Source: Octopus sinensis (lineage: Eukaryota). Taken from it: a stretch of 43,706 nt of DNA. The DNA lies in NCBI RefSeq assembly GCF_006345805.1, contig NW_021835030.1, positions 1 to 43,706 on the forward strand, given 5' to 3'. The first letter of the stretch is position 1. Each line of letters starts with the position of its first letter. Under the pieces are notes generated by a model. That model had not been told where the DNA came from and searched no databases. It was given only the letters and a program-made list of their open reading frames with translations. Both the position numbers and the translations under genes were made by a program. Shown piece by piece: positions 38,852-43,706 of this stretch.

Positions 38852-39090
38852 TGTTGAAATTTACAGGAAAACAAAACACGAAGATAAGTGTATAAACAAT
38901 AAACAGGTGCATTAGTTAAACAGTTGGGAAAGTAGTGAGAAACTCCTTTACATTTCGAATCAACGCTCTTCAACAGAAAGGAAAACGAGGAAATAAACAG
39001 AGAATATATATATATATATATACATATATATATGTATCTGTGTGTGCGTGTCTATATATATATATATATATGTATCTGTGTGTGCGTGTC

Positions 39091-39124
<34 letters not shown>

Positions 39125-39142
39125 GTTAGATAGATAGATAGG

Positions 39143-39220
<78 letters not shown>

Positions 39221-39274
39221 TATAGATAGCCACTACACATTCGTTATTTTCTTTCCTTGTTTCTTTCTGTGTTC

Positions 39275-39310
39275 CTTTCTGTGGAAGAGCGTAGGCTCGA
39301 AACATTAAAG
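39275..39310 (+). ncRNA. Degenerate minimal hammerhead motif within a short repeat (~39230-39405) between microsatellites
   Basis: CUUU-CUGUGGA-A-GAGC(GUAG)GCUC-GAAA-CAUU-AAAG; stems I and II pair, core has A6->U and G16.2->A. Confidence 0.55.
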
Positions 39311-39435
39311 ACTTTTTTTCATTTCCAGAGCGTTATACAAATAACTCTGTTTGTTGTCTACACCACCTGTCATCGTCTTTTGTTTTATTTTTGTGAATTG
39401 TCCCTTTATATATATATTATATATATAATATATAT

Positions 39436-39468
<33 letters not shown>

Positions 39469-39476
39469 TAATATAT

Positions 39477-39577
<101 letters not shown>

Positions 39578-39960
39578 TATATATATATAGATATATATAT
39601 ATATATATGCTGTAAAAGCAACCATGTCGTTGTTTTGTCTGTGGGTTCATTTATCTGTTGAGACGACCTTATTCTAGAAGGAAGGACTACATATATTTAC
39701 TCATATCGAAAACAGAAAACCACAAAATTTTGGGGAGTGGATACACCAGGTTTATATCAACTGCGATACACGAGTGCTTCTTACGTTATAGGTCTCCTTA
39801 CATCTGTTGCATGTGACCATGCAACCATTATCGACCACGCAGTAATGTTGAGCACAACTACTAATTCATATTCGCTATCTTACATCTCCGTGTTAACTAA
39901 CATATTCACTCATGAGAATATTATTGCAATTATGCTATAGACTAATGCCCTATATAAGAA

Positions 39961-40475
39961 ACTAGCAGTATCGCCCGGCGTTGCTCGGGTTTGTAAGGGA
40001 AATAACTATATAAGCATTTTTAGAGAGTTACTTCCCTTATAGATGCCAATTCGGGCTTTCTTAGCCATTTCTGTTTTGGTGTCTTCAAGCCATGAAGTCG
40101 TTGTTCTAAAAGAACGCTGGTCTCCTTGACAACGCTTTACGACGTTGACTTCCTTACACTCCCTTCCCCACAGCTTCACGAGGGAGGGAAGAAGGGGGAG
40201 AAGCAAACAGGTGCAGGTGTGACCATGGACGCCAACTCCGCCGCCATCGACACACGAAAAATTATGCATTAAAATGGAATAAAAAATGATGTTAAATTAT
40301 TTTTAAAATCGTAGACTCATCGTAGACGCGCGCTAATACGCAGACGGGCTTGATATGAATCACGACTATAAGATACCCGAATTTGGTTAAACTGCACCGC
40401 AAAATGTGGGAGTAGTTAGGAATCTAAATCGAAGGGGACAGACACTCACACAACTACAGTTTTATATATATAGAT
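39961..40475 (+). mobile_element. Non-autonomous Helitron/Helentron-associated (Lep1/HINE-like) element
   Basis: 5' ACTAG followed by hairpin GCCCGGCGTTGCTCGGG; 3' GACAGACACTCACACA..TTTTATATATATAGAT end; no TSD seen. Confidence 0.65.
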
Positions 40476-40714
40476 ATGATTTTCATGATGCTATTTTATC
40501 TACAGAACATAAGAGAAACCAAACGAAGGATCTGATAGTATGTGATTAAGAAAACGAATTAACTAGCTTAGCCTGCGGTTAAGAGATTAAAGTCACACTA
40601 CCTAGAGAACATTCTAGTGAATAGCAAGAAGCGGTGATGAAATATATACAGCAATCGAAATGAAAGCTGTGAAGTACTATGATTATTCAATCTGATTCGG
40701 CATATGAATATTGG

Positions 40715-40935
40715 TTTCAAAATTTGACACAAGGCCAGTAATTTCAGGCAAGAGAATGGGGCCAGTCGAATAAAGCGACACCAGTGTTCAACTGGTACTA
40801 ATTTTATCGACCGCCGAGGCATAAAAAGAAAACTCAGACCCAGCGGCATTTGAACTTAGAACGTAAAGTCGGAAGAAACACCTTTAATCATTTTTCCTAG
40901 CATGGAAACTACTCTGCCACATCGCCACCCTAGCA
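40715..40935 (-). mobile_element. Diverged SINE family 1 copy with tail B
   Basis: CTGGTACTAATTTTATCGACC and GCATTTGAACTTAGAACGTAAAG blocks. Confidence 0.75.
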
Positions 40936-40988
40936 TAGAGGATTATTATATACATAAAATCCATAGTATTATATTACAATATATATAT

Positions 40989-41225
40989 ACTCTTTTTTAC
41001 TCTTTTTTTTACTCTTTTTTAATAGTTTCAGTCATTTGACTGCGGCCATGCTGGAGCACCGCCTTTAGTCGAGCAAATCGACCCCGGGACTTATTGTTTG
41101 TAAGCCCAGTACTTATTCTATCTGTCTCTTTTGCCGAACCGCTAAGTGACGGGGACGTAAACACACCAGCATCGGTTGTCAAGCAATGCTAGGCGGACAA
41201 ACACAGACACACAAACACACACACA
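40989..41225 (-). mobile_element. SINE family 2, 3' half
   Basis: Near-identical to 29376-29580; (ACTCTTTTT)x3 tail. Confidence 0.9.
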
Positions 41226-41235
41226 TACATATATA

Positions 41236-42122
41236 TATATTATTCATATAAAATACAGTGTACATTTAAACACAGTAAGAGGTATCCGTCATAGGACTCC
41301 GTTACTCTAGAAGGAACAGCTAAAGTCCAAACCACTAATTAGGGATAAAATCTCGAAGGGAATGAAAAATAAAAACATTTACCATCTATTTCGTGGACCA
41401 TGGTTTCAGACTTTTTTTTAGCTAAAACATAATTTTCTAGGCGAAGTCTTCGTCAGCAGGTACGCCAAGATTAAACATATAAGTACGAGGGGAATCCAGC
41501 ATGTACTTCTTGCTTATACCTTCTAATTTTTTTTCAAATCCACCGCGCGAGCACAGTTTTTTGTCGGCAGCGAAAAAAGATGCCGGCAATTTCTTCGAAC
41601 GATTTTCCAGAAATAATTGTACGTAATAATATCAGTGTCATAAAGATTTTAGAAATTTTTACTACATGTGGCCAGGCGTATAGAAAAAATAGTCAATAGA
41701 CTATATATTATTCATATAAAATACAGTGTACAATTAAACAAATTAAAAAACAATTAAAAAAGAGGTATACATCATAGGACTCCCTTACGCTAGAAGGAAC
41801 AGCTAAAGTTCAAACCACTAACTAGGGATAAACTCGCCTAGCAACTTACTATATTTGCTAAAAAAATGTCTGAAATCATGGTCCAGGAAATAGATGGTTA
41901 TAGATTTATTTTACATTTCATTCGAGATTTTATCCCTAATTAGTGGTTTGAACTTTAGCTGTTCCTTCTAGCGTAAGGGAGTCCTATGATGGATACCTCT
42001 TAATGTGTTTAAATGTACACTGTATTTTATATGAATAATATATAGTCTATTGAATAATTTTTCTATACGCTAGGCCACATGTAGTAAAAGTTTCTAAAAT
42101 CTTTATTATCGTGATATTATTA
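41236..42122 (-). mobile_element. ORF-less PLE-like terminal-repeat structure: ~468-bp tandem unit plus inverted copy
   Basis: TATTCATATAAAATACAGTG..GGAACAGCTAAAG..CCACTAA recurs at 41241 and 41709 (direct) and inverted at ~41830-42122; the unit contains a hammerhead. Confidence 0.8.
41392..41460 (-). ncRNA. Type-I hammerhead ribozyme motif with extended stem II
   Basis: Minus strand: CCUG-CUGACGA-AGAC[..hairpin..A8]GUCU-GAAA-C(CAUG)GUC|CACG. Intact core and palindromic ACCAUGGU stem III; the inverted copy has CAGG, restoring 4-bp stem I. Confidence 0.75.
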
Positions 42123-43269
42123 ATTATATATATTATTAATTATATATATAGTAAGAGGAGGGATATAATATCCATGTAGATATCGAATTTCTCTTTGTAA
42201 AATGCCAAGGCTAGCTCCATAAGACAGTAAATTTCCTTTAACTCCTATCCGATGTCACAGGTTTTTTGGGCTACTTAGTGTGTAAAGTACAATATTTATA
42301 ATAATGAGAAGAATTTGAACATTCAAAATTTATGTTTATTTCAAGTATAAATGTATATATGTGTGTGTGTGAGTGTATGCGAGAGTCTTGTATAAATGCC
42401 ATCAGAAGTCAAGTTTGGAAAATTTCAAGCCAGATGATGCTCTAGATTTCATTGGAATCTGATAAGAAGACACTCATCTTTGTGGCGAAATTATGGATTT
42501 CGCGATTCACGTGCTCGCAAATTTATAGTTGAGATAGCGAAGAAGACTCCTTCTCAACTATTTTTCACAACAGTGATCATATCGTAAAACCAAATCGAAA
42601 TAACTAGTTATATTGATCGATTTTCAGAAATCGATCTATATTTTGAATGATGCATGAAAGTTAAAATTCCTCTAATTTTAGAGCGATGCGTTGGTACAAG
42701 GACATATTAGAAATTCTTAAGCAGAATCCAAAGCGGAAAACACTTGATGTTTCCTTTTTATAGAAATAATGTTCTCAGAGAACCAATAGCATTGTTGTTT
42801 ATTGTTTCTTATTTTTTATTACATGAACAGTCAAAAGGGATTGAATTTGATAGAATTTTAAATATTTTTGTTCAAAGCGTATTTCCTCTACACATTCAGT
42901 ATATATTTTTATTGACTAACATATAATCTGGTTCAAAGGAATTTTTTCTATACGTTTAGAAGGATTGTAGGGTTACTGTATTTTAAATTCGTATATACGT
43001 TAACATTTAAAAGAAAATATTTGCATAAAATCTATGCTTAACATTACATTGGTAATGAAAGTTTCTAATAGCGAATTAATAAAGTACATCGTCCTTAAAT
43101 TCGTTAAACGAGGCATTACGATGTGGGCATATATATATATGTGTGTGTGTGTGTATGAGTGAGTGTGTGAGTGTTTCTGTATGTATATATATGCATACAC
43201 AAATATATATGCATAAATACAAATATACCCACACATATATGTATATCTATCTGTCTATCTGTCTCTTTC

Positions 43270-43288
43270 TCTTTCTCTCACTCTGTCA

Positions 43289-43365
<77 letters not shown>

Positions 43366-43394
43366 CCTATCTATTATATATCTATCTATCTATA

Positions 43395-43432
<38 letters not shown>

Positions 43433-43436
43433 CCTA

Positions 43437-43474
<38 letters not shown>

Positions 43475-43479
43475 CCTAC

Positions 43480-43558
<79 letters not shown>

Positions 43559-43560
43559 CA
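43270..43560. repeat. (ATCT)n array
   Basis: Direct reading. Confidence 0.95.
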
Positions 43561-43706
43561 TGTGGATGTATCTAATTGTATAAAAAAAAAGGCTCGTTTC
43601 TCCAAAACTAACTTTTGATAGCAGCGTAGGCTATCTTCAGCAAAACAAGCAATATTAATGGTGGATTAGAGTTCGTTATTAATAATGGAATACGAGCACA
43701 CACTAA

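Noticed and set aside
43590-43645. Minus-strand CUGAAGA...GAAAC
   Set aside because: No NUH triplet or stem I/III pairing follows GAAAC.

Overview
AT-rich, microsatellite-saturated eukaryotic genomic DNA. The repeat families (three tRNA-headed SINE families, CR1/L2-type LINE relic, Penelope-like relics) look like an octopus genome; this is inferred from pattern recognition, not a database hit. No long intact CDS is present, and almost all ORFs in the supplied track are microsatellite or SINE artefacts. The most notable signal is a set of minimal type-I hammerhead ribozyme (HHR) motifs in several unrelated short, ORF-less repeats, most abutting microsatellites. These include a 220-bp-arm near-perfect palindrome with an HHR in each arm (26692-27139) and a tandem-plus-inverted ~468-bp HHR repeat (41236-42122) with the architecture of Penelope-like element (PLE) terminal repeats or non-LTR retrozymes. 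Decayed PLE RT and GIY-YIG fragments are also present. Other elements: a LINE whose 3' tail matches one SINE family, a SINE nested with a 17-bp TSD in a pogo-type MITE, mariner MITEs, and a Helitron-like element. A tentative minus-strand spliced gene has a promoter/first exon near 36.9 kb and phase-compatible small exons at 31.4, 30.1, 24.6, 10.8 and 9.1 kb; its product is unidentified and confidence is low to moderate.
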